IMG/VR virus record: IMGVR_UViG_3300035698_020241 | Span: 62,241-126,240 of that record | DNA length: 64,000 bases | Direction: 5' to 3' (one strand) | Source of the DNA: a virus | Shown: positions 9,231-18,169 of the stretch, one piece after another | Position numbering within the stretch: the first letter of the stretch is position 1 | Layout of the letters: each line of letters begins with the position of its first letter | Notes under the pieces: generated by a model | Seen by the model: the letters and a program-made list of their open reading frames with translations, nothing else | What the model was told of the DNA's origin: nothing | Database searches by the model: none | Translations under genes and position numbers: made by a program

Positions 9231-10091
9231 TTATTTTACGAATTTTTTTATAAAATCTATACATGTGTTTTTGTTATTCATCCAGTCATTTTCTTTTATC
9301 ACTAACAGGTCAATATTTTTTTCTTTACATTGGACAACCTTCTGATGGTCTCTGTATTTTGTTTCAATATCATTGTGCCAATATTCGCCGTTAAACTCAA
9401 TGGCTTTATTAATGGAAGGTATGAAAATGTCTAATTCTAAATTCCATCCTGTTTTAGGATTTATAATTTGCGTTCTATCATTCTCCACAATATATTCAGG
9501 TGTTAATAATTTAACAACTTCTAATACTTCCTTCTCTGTTTTAGAAGTTGATGCTTCTTTCCAACATTCTGGACATCTGCTACCTTGTTGAAAATTATTC
9601 CATACCATTTCAAACTCATGGCCTTTAGGACACTTCATTCTCAATTTAACATGAGCATTTTTATACTCCTTACTCAAAAGTTTATAACCCTCTTTTTCTA
9701 TATTCTTTCTTACATATTCATTTCTTATACATTTAGAACATCTTCGTCCTTGTTTGAAATGACTCCATATCATTTCAAATTTATGACCTTTAGGACATTG
9801 AAATTCCAATTTAGTTTTACTATTTTTATATGTTTTACTTAAAAGTTTATAATCTTCTTGCTCTATTTGATCTTTTACATATGAATAAGACAATCTTTGT
9901 TTTTCTATACTACATATAGAACATCTATCACCTTGTTTCAAATGACTCCAATTCATTTCAAATCTATGACCTTTAGGACACATTAGTTTTAATTTAACAT
10001 GAGCATTTTTATACTCCTTACTCAAAAGTTTATAACCTTCAACATTCTCAATTTGTTCCTTTACATAATCATATGTTAATTTCTTAGGCAT
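9231..10091 (-). CDS. Putative homing endonuclease: CPKGH Zn-ribbon repeats plus a Vsr/DUF559-like PD-(D/E)XK domain
   Basis: Three KEQIE...YKLLSK.YKN...CPKGH.F repeats; ELDIFIP...AIEFNGEYWH; paralog of 59557-60603. Confidence 0.7.
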   Translation of the reverse strand: MPKKLTYDYVKEQIENVEGYKLLSKEYKNAHVKLKLMCPKGHRFEMNWSHLKQGDRCSICSIEKQRLSYSYVKDQIEQEDYKLLSKTYKNSKTKLEFQCPKGHKFEMIWSHFKQGRRCSKCIRNEYVRKNIEKEGYKLLSKEYKNAHVKLRMKCPKGHEFEMVWNNFQQGSRCPECWKEASTSKTEKEVLEVVKLLTPEYIVENDRTQIINPKTGWNLELDIFIPSINKAIEFNGEYWHNDIETKYRDHQKVVQCKEKNIDLLVIKENDWMNNKNTCIDFIKKFVK

Positions 10092-10263
10092 TTTTAATCT
10101 TTTATTTAATAATCTAAAATAATTAGTTTACTTTTTCCTCCAATATGTTATCCTATCTCCTGTAGCCAGCCGCGATATACCATTACCAATAATATATACC
10201 TATACCACCTATTATTATAATAGATATATACTATACTCCAATCATACATTACATTTCCTACTA

Positions 10264-10479
10264 TCAACATCCTTTTATAATATTATATATATTATTTACT
10301 ACCATATCTATTTTCCTATTATTATTTCCATATAATATCATCACTAATCTTCCTAATGAAACATCATAAACATATCCTTTTAATTCTATATCTTCACTTA
10401 TACAATATTTACCAATATTCTCTTCTAATCCTGGATGTGGTATTATATTAATGAGTACATCTATTATTTTTATATTCAT
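10264..10479 (-). CDS. Hypothetical protein
   Basis: ORF with RBS. Confidence 0.45.
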   Translation of the reverse strand: MNIKIIDVLINIIPHPGLEENIGKYCISEDIELKGYVYDVSLGRLVMILYGNNNRKIDMVVNNIYNIIKGC

Positions 10480-10509
10480 AATCTTATCCTTTCTATTCTA
10501 TTTATCATA

Positions 10510-10587
10510 TGGTCCCCCTGGCAGGATTCGAACCTGCGACTTTTTGATTCGTAATCAAACACTCTGATTCCGCTGAGCTACAGGGGG
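10510..10587 (-). tRNA. tRNA-Arg(ACG)
   Basis: TTGAT-TACGAA-TCAA anticodon arm, canonical D and T arms, A-CCA. Confidence 0.93.
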
Positions 10588-10600
10588 AAGTATTTTTAAT

Positions 10601-10671
10601 TGGCACACCGTCCAGGAATCGAACCCGGCACAACGAAGTTTGGAGCCTCATTTGATCCCAGATCACGATGC
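10601..10671 (-). tRNA. tRNA-Trp(CCA), minimal D-arm
   Basis: TGAGG-CTCCAAA-CTTCG anticodon arm; D-arm GATC-TGG-GATC; G-CCA. Confidence 0.8.
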
Positions 10672-10681
10672 TCATATAAAC

Positions 10682-10722
10682 AAAAAAGGGATTCTACACT
10701 CATTATTGGTAAAATCCCTTTC
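10682..10722 (-). terminator. Probable intrinsic terminator
   Basis: AAAGGGATT...AATCCCTTT hairpin followed by a T-run on the minus strand. Confidence 0.5.
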
Positions 10723-11099
10723 TAAATCTAACTATTTTTAATATGATTTTACCTATATGGAGTTTTCTCCTTGCCAATCTGAGCCTAGTAAATCGCTGGA
10801 ATAATTATCTAAACTGCGATATGCTGATACTATTTTCATTACTCTCCATCCTTAAAAATCATAATTTATTTTACTTTATCCTATTTATAACATATTTGGT
10901 TGATTTTGTAAATATATATTTTTATTTTAATCCGTTCATATTTAAAAAGTCAATAGGTAAGACGACCCCCAAAAGTGCTTTCGTTTAAGTCCGTGCTAGG
11001 TACTATAACCCTTTTCTGCATTTTAACGGACGGTATGTCTCTTTACTGCACATCAACCTATAAATTCATAATAACTATACAACTACATCATAGTTAAGT

Positions 11100-11339
11100 C
11101 TAATCAAATAATAACGACAATTCCATGAAATCATTTAACGAATCTTCAACATTTACCATGATATTATTTACATGTTCTTCCATTTCCTTAGTAGAATACT
11201 CTATCATTTCGATGCATTCATCAAATTCCATATAACCATCTTTCAGACCGTCAGTTGCAGCCCCAAGTTCTTCAGGAATATCCCTAAGTATTTTTATTGA
11301 TTTTGAACATTCCTCAACTAATTTTTCAATTTGTCTCAT
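11100..11339 (-). CDS. Hypothetical helical protein, paralog of 11489-11791
   Basis: LRDIPEEL versus LKEIPEEI; shared upstream sequence. Confidence 0.6.
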   Translation of the reverse strand: MRQIEKLVEECSKSIKILRDIPEELGAATDGLKDGYMEFDECIEMIEYSTKEMEEHVNNIMVNVEDSLNDFMELSLLFD

Positions 11340-11488
11340 TTTATCACACCTTTTTAATCTTACTGGTTATGTTACTTTTTGGTTTACGTTTCAAAGACTT
11401 ACCTCATTTGAAACCTTTATTCAAGGTTTCAGGTTTGGCTTTCCCTTGCCTATATTATTTGTACTTACCGTACATCAACCTATAAATT

Positions 11489-11791
11489 CTATCCTACTAT
11501 TATAGGTTCTGTTATATGACTCAATTCGTTTAAAAGTCCTACAGGTAAAGAAGTATCATTTAAGATTATTATACCGGCTTCATCTGAAAGAATTTCTAAC
11601 ATATCGTCAACCGTTTCATATATGATATCTAATTTAGCTGCCGTTTCTGCAGCAAGTTCTATGATATACTCACTTGCATCAATTCCTATGTCCATACGAA
11701 AAACCGCGTTATCAATTTCTTCAGGAATTTCTTTAAGTCTATTCTTTGCATCTTTATAATCCTTGTGTATTTCATCAAAATTTTTATCCAT
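11489..11791 (-). CDS. Hypothetical helical protein
   Basis: ORF with RBS. Confidence 0.65.
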   Translation of the reverse strand: MDKNFDEIHKDYKDAKNRLKEIPEEIDNAVFRMDIGIDASEYIIELAAETAAKLDIIYETVDDMLEILSDEAGIIILNDTSLPVGLLNELSHITEPIIVG

Positions 11792-11795
11792 TTTG

Positions 11796-12332
11796 TTACA
11801 CCTTTCTTATCTTACTGGTTATTTTACATTTTGGTTTTCGTTTTAAGGCCTTGCCTCTTTTAAATCCTTTATTCAAGGTTACTGATTTGGCTTTATTTCC
11901 TATATCATCATACGACTTTGTTGCTGTAGGATCATCATCTACGAAGTCCTCAGCCTCAAAAATTTGTTCATCTCCACTCAAAGCTCTTCCAAGATTTTCA
12001 AGATTTTCCCTTGGAAACCAACCATCAACACATAAGTCCCTCATGATACTTTTGAGTTTTTTAAGAACTATAGGAGATAAAGGACCGTCTTTCGCCTTTA
12101 CTCTTTTTGGAAGTTTTTCAAGTAATACAGTAGGCATACAACTTTCATGATTTGTAACCATGGTGAATCTACCAGTTTTACCATACTTAACTTTCTGTCT
12201 GGTTATACCATTGAAGGCAAACCATCTGAATCCTTTCCTTTTATCCTCAGTCAGTGTGCTGAAAATTAACTTATTGTTTTCATCTATCTGTATGAAGGGA
12301 CTATTACTTCCCTCAGAATATTTCAATATCAT
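11796..12332 (-). CDS. Hypothetical protein with basic tail
   Basis: 178-aa ORF. Confidence 0.7.
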   Translation of the reverse strand: MILKYSEGSNSPFIQIDENNKLIFSTLTEDKRKGFRWFAFNGITRQKVKYGKTGRFTMVTNHESCMPTVLLEKLPKRVKAKDGPLSPIVLKKLKSIMRDLCVDGWFPRENLENLGRALSGDEQIFEAEDFVDDDPTATKSYDDIGNKAKSVTLNKGFKRGKALKRKPKCKITSKIRKV

Positions 12333-12340
12333 TATATCTC

Positions 12341-12739
12341 CTATTCAAACTCAAAAGATTTACATTCAGGACAATTATATGTTTGTTTTATTCTATCATT
12401 TACAACAGGACAGTCATCCTCATTATATTTACACCCATGTTTAACACAACAATGAGTTTTATGGACACCCTCTCTTGCCTCTACAACATAATAATCAAGC
12501 CATGTTTCACGCTCTTCATTATATATCTCTATTGCTTCATCTTCATCAACTTTATCTTCCTCCATGATATCACCAACTTCCCTGAGACCGTGAAGTCCAC
12601 AATAACCTTCATAAGATTCTATGGCTGATTCCCAAGCTGCTTTACTTGCTTCATCTTCCGACTCAAATTCATCGGTATATGAATATGTTGCTCCACCGAA
12701 GCCGCCTCCGAGTCCTGCATATATTTTAAATTTTTTCAT
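12341..12739 (-). CDS. Acidic protein with HCCxxHGCKY...CP motif
   Basis: ORF; Cys/His cluster at the C-terminus. Confidence 0.7.
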   Translation of the reverse strand: MKKFKIYAGLGGGFGGATYSYTDEFESEDEASKAAWESAIESYEGYCGLHGLREVGDIMEEDKVDEDEAIEIYNEERETWLDYYVVEAREGVHKTHCCVKHGCKYNEDDCPVVNDRIKQTYNCPECKSFEFE

Positions 12740-12908
12740 TATTTTCCTTATTTTCTGGTTTTTTTGGTCTACTCATACATATAGTGCAGTTATGATCTGT
12801 ACAAGTATCCTCTATCCATATATTACATTCTTTACAGAATACGGAGTCATATTTTTCATTATATGTTCCTGGTTTTACACACTTAGGACATCTTTTATAT
12901 CTTTCCAT
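12726..12908 (-). CDS. Small Cys-rich protein, paralog of 53625-53834
   Basis: CxxC...YD..FCxxCNxW...C...C..C..RP pattern. Confidence 0.65.
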   Translation of the reverse strand: MERYKRCPKCVKPGTYNEKYDSVFCKECNIWIEDTCTDHNCTICMSRPKKPENKENNEKI

Positions 12909-12939
12909 ATCACATTATCTCCTTTGTATTTTAACATTT

Positions 12940-13791
12940 CTATACAACTACAAGAGCGCCAGTGTTTATTCCGTAAAGATCCGTAGCCAAACGATTCAGG
13001 GTCTTATGTCTCTGTGAAAAAACATTGGAACCCTTACGAGCCTTGGCAACATGTGTTGATAAATAAGTAAGGACATTGAATGCTCCCCACATAGTGTTAT
13101 CAAGTTTCTGCTCTATTAAAAGAGGCTCATAACTATCAATTATTGACTTGGCAACCTTTACACCAAGATACTGGTGTTTTTTAGCCTTGGTACCATCATC
13201 AGACTTTGTATGACCATTTACAAAATTCTCAAAAAGTCTTTTGTCCATGGGTATTTTTGACCAGTCTTTCCAGATTTCTGTATTTTTATGAAATGCATCA
13301 AACTTCATTTCAAAAGAATTACGCAATCTTTCAGGATTATTGACAAAATGGGCAAACGACTCTTTAAAAAGAGAAGATTTCCCCATAACCATACCATTGG
13401 TACATGCCCAACGATATCCCATTAACTCATAACCGAAAGCAGTTTTACCGTTATAACCGTTATGTATTTCTAACATAACACCTGTTGCGTCACCAGGTAA
13501 AACTTCGGAAGTAAGACGATCATCACCGAATATTACACGGCGTTTCCATCGTTTTGTCTCTGCGTCCATATGATCCTGAACTTCTTTAACCTCAAACGCT
13601 GTCATCGCCTCATTGAACATTTCATCAATATCAGAATTGGTAACAAGTTCATAACCAGGAGAAACAATACCAAGAACATCATCTGTATCATCATTGATAA
13701 GTGCTTCCTTATCAAGAATTATACCGGAATCAGTTTTTAATGTTTCCCGTCTAACACTGAAAAATGGATTTCTTTCTTCAATATATCCCAT
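12940..13791 (-). CDS. DUF932-family protein
   Basis: LGIVSPGYELVTN...IHNGYNGKTAF...RWACTNGMV...H...TMWGAFNVLT. Confidence 0.75.
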   Translation of the reverse strand: MGYIEERNPFFSVRRETLKTDSGIILDKEALINDDTDDVLGIVSPGYELVTNSDIDEMFNEAMTAFEVKEVQDHMDAETKRWKRRVIFGDDRLTSEVLPGDATGVMLEIHNGYNGKTAFGYELMGYRWACTNGMVMGKSSLFKESFAHFVNNPERLRNSFEMKFDAFHKNTEIWKDWSKIPMDKRLFENFVNGHTKSDDGTKAKKHQYLGVKVAKSIIDSYEPLLIEQKLDNTMWGAFNVLTYLSTHVAKARKGSNVFSQRHKTLNRLATDLYGINTGALVVV

Positions 13792-13809
13792 AATTACATT
13801 TCCTTTCTT

Positions 13810-13992
13810 TTAAGTTTTTCCAACTATTATTTTTTCATCATAATCATAGTCAAAAGATTTAACTCCTTCAGAACCATTAATATCCACACAATCAAAATAA
13901 TCCTGTTCACCACTATTACATAACCATTCAACAAAATACTTAGCTTGTGCTGAATTTTTAAAAATTAGTTTTACTTCGTTTTTTGTTTTCAC
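13810..13992 (-). CDS. Hypothetical protein
   Basis: Coupled ORF; WLCNSGEQDY motif. Confidence 0.55.
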   Translation of the reverse strand: MKTKNEVKLIFKNSAQAKYFVEWLCNSGEQDYFDCVDINGSEGVKSFDYDYDEKIIVGKT

Positions 13993-14327
13993 TATACTCC
14001 TTTATACCAAATTATAAATCTTTTATCATTATTTGGTAAAAACATTTCACTTACATTAATGATGTTTTCAACAGGTATACATTCCTTTTCTAACCACTCA
14101 TTCATAACATTCATTATATCTGTATTTTTAATAATTACCTGTCCAAAGGTAACTACCTTAAATGTTTTTCTTTTCAATTTCTTACCGGCTTTATAGAAGT
14201 CAATTTCTGATATAACTTCTCTATTGATCTTTGCTCTTTCCTCATTGAGACATTCTACATATTCAATATTAACCCTCATTATTATCTCCTTAATTTGGGG
14301 TTTTAAACTCATAATTATATTTTTCAA
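13992..14327 (-). CDS. Hypothetical protein
   Basis: ORF downstream of the promoter at 14339-14367. Confidence 0.55.
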   Translation of the reverse strand: MKNIIMSLKPQIKEIIMRVNIEYVECLNEERAKINREVISEIDFYKAGKKLKRKTFKVVTFGQVIIKNTDIMNVMNEWLEKECIPVENIINVSEMFLPNNDKRFIIWYKGV

Positions 14328-14338
14328 TCACTAAAATC

Positions 14339-14367
14339 ATTATATCAAAAATTGCACGCGATGTAAA
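14339..14367 (-). promoter_or_regulatory. Sigma70-type early promoter
   Basis: TTTACA-N17-TATAAT. Confidence 0.75.
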
Positions 14368-14542
14368 TTAAAAAATGCGTGATTTGTTTTCAAAACAAAA
14401 CAAGGGGTTAGATGATTCTAACCCCTTATGTATCTGATAAAATAATTTATACATCTCCAACATGTATGCTGGTTTTTAAATCCTGTAAAATAACTTCCAC
14501 ATTCTTTACAATGATGTACAAAGTCAATTCGTTTTTTCATTA

Positions 14543-15280
14543 TTATCTCCTCCCATTATACATACCATCACCTTTAACTGCGATAATATGTCTCACATCA
14601 ATTCTCCTCTGTTTTCCGATATCCTTGTGGAAATCACTTTCCCAGATAAAAACAGATTTTGGAGTGGTTCTAATAAGGTCTCTCCACTGCTTACCACCCT
14701 TGTAATTTATCTGTACCCTGTAATTATAATGATTTCTACTATAATCAAAATTCTTTTTAAGTCCAAGAGACACGAATTTTGCATTCGCTATCTGTTGTTT
14801 CATATTTTTTACAACTTTTTTATTTTCAGTGATTTTATCCTGAACTTCAAGTCCGATTTTAAGGTCGTCACTATCAGCCATTCCTACAATACCAAAAGTA
14901 TGTCTATAACACTGGATTTTCCAGATTCCTTGACTTTTGAAGTCAAAAACACTGTATTCTGTGGCTCCTGATAATCTACCGCGAGTTATAGGACGAACTT
15001 TTATAATAACTCCACGAATATTACCTTTTCTTGATGCCCATGTAACAATGGCACCAACCACAGCGTTATAAACTTTTTCATTAAAACTGCCGGCAGCCCT
15101 TTTAAATTTATCTTCATCAAAAGTTTTACCGTCAACAGAAAGACCCCATCTACGGGCTAAACTTAAAAGCATATCAGGATCATTTTTCCATTGATTAACT
15201 TTTTTCATCATATTTGTTGCATTAGGAACATTGGAGACATCGGGATGAACTTGTTTTGCTATATCTGTATATAAACTCAT
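14543..15280 (-). CDS. Protein with an N-terminal truncated J-domain-like HPD motif
   Basis: MSLYTDIAKQVHPDV...MKKVNQW resembles J-domain helices II-III. Confidence 0.6.
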   Translation of the reverse strand: MSLYTDIAKQVHPDVSNVPNATNMMKKVNQWKNDPDMLLSLARRWGLSVDGKTFDEDKFKRAAGSFNEKVYNAVVGAIVTWASRKGNIRGVIIKVRPITRGRLSGATEYSVFDFKSQGIWKIQCYRHTFGIVGMADSDDLKIGLEVQDKITENKKVVKNMKQQIANAKFVSLGLKKNFDYSRNHYNYRVQINYKGGKQWRDLIRTTPKSVFIWESDFHKDIGKQRRIDVRHIIAVKGDGMYNGRR

Positions 15281-15366
15281 CTTCAAAATCTCCTTTCGTT
15301 TTATTTTCAATCATTAAATACATTATACCAACTCAAGGGTATATCTATTGTATAGGTACACCCTTT

Positions 15367-15630
15367 TTATTTTGGACAGATATGTTCTCTTCGTAGTCTT
15401 GAACTTGCATTCATTTCTGTAATTAACTCACCACAATCTTTACATTTGTATATAGTGTTACAACCACTATTCATTTCATGTGTGAATTTATTACCATTCC
15501 ATAAATCAGAATCAACAGACCTTACTAATTCTAATTTTAACATCTTCATTTTTCTATTAACATTAATTTTACCGTGTAACAATATCCATGTGCCTAAACA
15601 CGCCATACCAGTTATTACAGTTATATACAT
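15367..15630 (-). CDS. Hypothetical protein (membrane anchor, CxxC)
   Basis: ORF filling the space between repeats 1 and 2. Confidence 0.6.
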   Translation of the reverse strand: MYITVITGMACLGTWILLHGKINVNRKMKMLKLELVRSVDSDLWNGNKFTHEMNSGCNTIYKCKDCGELITEMNASSRLRREHICPK

Positions 15631-15697
15631 TTTTTAATCTCCTTTTCTACCAACTCAAGGGCGTCCTATTGTATAGGTACGCCCTTAGACTTTGAGA

Positions 15698-15880
15698 CTA
15701 CATACTAAGATCAATAACATTAAAGTTTTTACGAGTGAGTCTATTGGAAACCTTGATCAAGTTGGTGATAAAAGCTCTAACATTTTTGAAGCTTTTGAAT
15801 TCACGAATTTTCTTGGCTCCTGCCATGATGGGATTACCATCTTTTTCAATTACAAATATTTTTGTACTCATAATAATCAA
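15698..15880 (-). CDS. Small basic protein, paralog of 17034-17207
   Basis: FKSFKNVRAFITNLIKVSNRLT versus FKSLGKARNFVRNIIKVSNGLT. Confidence 0.7.
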   Translation of the reverse strand: MIIMSTKIFVIEKDGNPIMAGAKKIREFKSFKNVRAFITNLIKVSNRLTRKNFNVIDLSM

Positions 15881-15912
15881 TCTCCTTTCGTTTTATTTTT
15901 CAATCTATAATT

Positions 15913-15941
15913 AGTATAACAAATTTCAAAACCGTTGTAAA
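15913..15941 (-). promoter_or_regulatory. Sigma70-type early promoter
   Basis: TTTACA-N17-TATACT. Confidence 0.75.
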
Positions 15942-15947
15942 TTACTT

Positions 15948-16112
15948 TTATTCTTTAATCTCAACATCAACAGTGGAAATCTTTATAGGATAAAATTTTG
16001 AACATTTTTTGTTGTTTTCATCCTTAACACAAGTACAACAATTACCACTTCCGTCGTTCATTGAAACATCCGAACATGGTCTTATAAACTGGTGTAAACA
16101 AATAGTTTCCAT
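15948..16112 (-). CDS. Small Cys-rich protein, paralog of 5463-5636
   Basis: METICLHQFIRP...NDGSGNCCTCVKDENNKKCS. Confidence 0.7.
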   Translation of the reverse strand: METICLHQFIRPCSDVSMNDGSGNCCTCVKDENNKKCSKFYPIKISTVDVEIKE

Positions 16113-16335
16113 TTCAATCTCCTTCACATTTTGAACATTTAGGTTTACCGGCTTGATAAATGCCACAAAATTCACAGGTATATTCTATGTTTCCTGGATG
16201 ATCTTTTACCCATTTACATGAACAATTAAATCCATAAATAACATTATCACAAGTACATTGTGTTTCCATTTCAATCTCCTTTTCTACCAACTCTAGGACG
16301 TCCTATTGAATAGGTACGCCCTGTGAGTCTAAAAT

Positions 16336-16560
16336 CTAACGTCTGCCACCTTTTTTTTGTTTCTGCTGACCGACACGTCTTTTGATTTTTACTGGAACTT
16401 TTGTTCTTTCGATTATTTCCCATGCAAAATGACAACCAGTTCCTATTTTTGGATTATCAACAAACCTGGTCTGTATGGCTGGATCTGGATAAACGGTACA
16501 TTTTTCAGTTTCCCAGTCAACTTTTTCACATTTTAAACAAGCGTAGGTTAAATTAGTCAT
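16336..16560 (-). CDS. Small Cys-containing basic protein
   Basis: ORF between repeats 3 and 4, with RBS. Confidence 0.65.
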   Translation of the reverse strand: MTNLTYACLKCEKVDWETEKCTVYPDPAIQTRFVDNPKIGTGCHFAWEIIERTKVPVKIKRRVGQQKQKKGGRR

Positions 16561-16640
16561 TTTATTATCTCCTTTATAGTTTAATTTTCTACCAACTCAA
16601 GGACGTACTATTATATAGGTACACCCTTTTGGGAGAGTTA

Positions 16641-16784
16641 TTAGTCATCTTTATGGTCTTTACCACATACGGTACAAGTATACTTGTATCTTCCTTTTTC
16701 ACCGCCTACAGTGTGTAAACGAATTTTTTTACCGTATCTTTTATCTTGAAAATCACTTTTACATGTGCATCTGAATTTCTTCAT
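16641..16784 (-). CDS. Small Zn-finger-like protein (47 aa)
   Basis: Hand translation MKKFRCTC...HT...YTCTVCG; AGGAG RBS. Confidence 0.6.
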   Translation of the reverse strand: MKKFRCTCKSDFQDKRYGKKIRLHTVGGEKGRYKYTCTVCGKDHKDD

Positions 16785-16823
16785 TTTATTGTCTCCTTTA
16801 TTGTTTAATTTGTTTATGTATCA

Positions 16824-16852
16824 ATAATAACAAATTCTAACATTCTTGTAAA
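16824..16852 (-). promoter_or_regulatory. Sigma70-type early promoter
   Basis: TTTACA-N17-TATTAT. Confidence 0.65.
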
Positions 16853-17033
16853 TCAAAAAAGATAGTGCCTTATATAGCGCTCTCGGATTTACATCCAAGA
16901 AGTTATTCTGGCATTGATAAAGGTTATGAATAACTCAACTAATCCCTTATCTATCATACAGGTGACTATCTTTTCTACCAACTCAAGGGCGTCCTATTGT
17001 ATAGGGACGCCCTGTATTTGTTGGAGATAAATC

Positions 17034-17207
17034 CTACAGACGGATCATTTCAAAATCTTTAATAGTGAGACCATTGGACACTTTGATTATGTTACGGACA
17101 AAATTTCTTGCTTTACCAAGGCTCTTGAAAACACGACATTTTGTACCCTCAGAATTAGCCATTAACAGACGTCCTTTTTTTGTTACTGCACACTTTTGAG
17201 CCTTCAT
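17034..17207 (-). CDS. Small basic protein (57 aa), paralog of 15698-15880
   Basis: Hand translation MKAQKCAVTKKGRLLMANSEG...; AGGAG RBS. Confidence 0.7.
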   Translation of the reverse strand: MKAQKCAVTKKGRLLMANSEGTKCRVFKSLGKARNFVRNIIKVSNGLTIKDFEMIRL

Positions 17208-17253
17208 ATTCTTATCTCCTTTATTTTTTGTTTGTTTGTTTGTTTATGTGTAC

Positions 17254-17282
17254 ATACTATCAAATCCGAACATTCTTGTAAA
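17254..17282 (-). promoter_or_regulatory. Sigma70-type early promoter
   Basis: TTTACA-N17-TAGTAT; spacer nearly identical to neighbouring promoters. Confidence 0.65.
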
Positions 17283-17528
17283 TCTTTTATTTAAAATCTT
17301 TTTAAAGACATACGGATCCAACTTTGATCCATAAACCTTTAGAAATACTTTAAACTTTGCAGTTTTAACTATTTGTTTTTACTCTGTTTTGTCTTGATTG
17401 ACACGCTAGCGTTTTAAGTGTTATTGTTAAGACCCTGATAATATTGTTAATTCACCTCGGCCGATGATGTTTCACAATACATGTAAGTACAACTTACATT
17501 GTGTCTGTTACCTCTTTGATCTGTATTC

Positions 17529-17557
17529 ATTATATCAAATCCGAAAGCCGTTGTAAA
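17529..17557 (-). promoter_or_regulatory. First leftward sigma70-type promoter
   Basis: TTTACA-N17-TATAAT. Confidence 0.8.
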
Positions 17558-18169
17558 TGAAAAATAATAACTAACGAATTCAACACTTTGTAACTTACTG
17601 ATTTTTCAAACTCAATCTCGATCACTGGAAAGATTATAACATACTGAAAACATTTTGTAAAGAGAAAAATAACCTGTAATGGTTTCAGTGGTTTACTCGA
17701 AGGGTGTGAATCTCCAGCGCAGAACCGATATGGTGTGTGGCTCAAAAACCGCCCCTGGAGCCACGGAGATTGCGGAGGATCGACGGAAAAATCTTCTGAA
17801 GGTCTCAGTAAGGGGTAAGGCAGCCTGCGCAAAATCCCAAAAGTAAAGATAATTTTATATAATGGCCATGACCCTTCAAGGTGTTGATATATCACTATCG
17901 AGATATGATGGTGTTGATACCACATGGTGTTGGGATATAAACACTCATAAGTCCGTGATATGATGATGCTCTGGTGCGGATTACCGTATAGGACCAACGG
18001 AGAGTGCGAGGACTGGGCGGAAATCTGATCTGAAGGTACTGACATCAACCTTAGATACCAAGATCAGTCTGCGCAAAATCCGTCAGACTGATAATGATTT
18101 CAGATAGTTACCTGAGCTGTTAGATACCAGATCGTCCAAGCCCTTGAAATCATTGAGAATAATTCTTTG

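Larger units (their letters stand above)
15326..17012 (-). repeat. Five dispersed 37-38 bp intergenic hairpin repeats (15326-15363, 15648-15684, 16285-16321, 16590-16626, 16976-17012)
   Basis: Consensus TACCAACTCAAGGGCGTCCTATTGTATAGGTACGCCC with an internal GGGCGT-CCTA/TAGG-T-ACGCCC palindrome. Confidence 0.92.

Noticed and set aside
10110-10250. Small membrane ORF with several in-frame stops (MIGV*YISIII...)
   Set aside because: It contains both TAG and TAA and has no paralog for comparison; may be a decayed gene or chance
15326-17012. CRISPR array interpretation of the 37-bp repeats
   Set aside because: Spacers are 270-600 bp and contain whole genes; no cas genes are present
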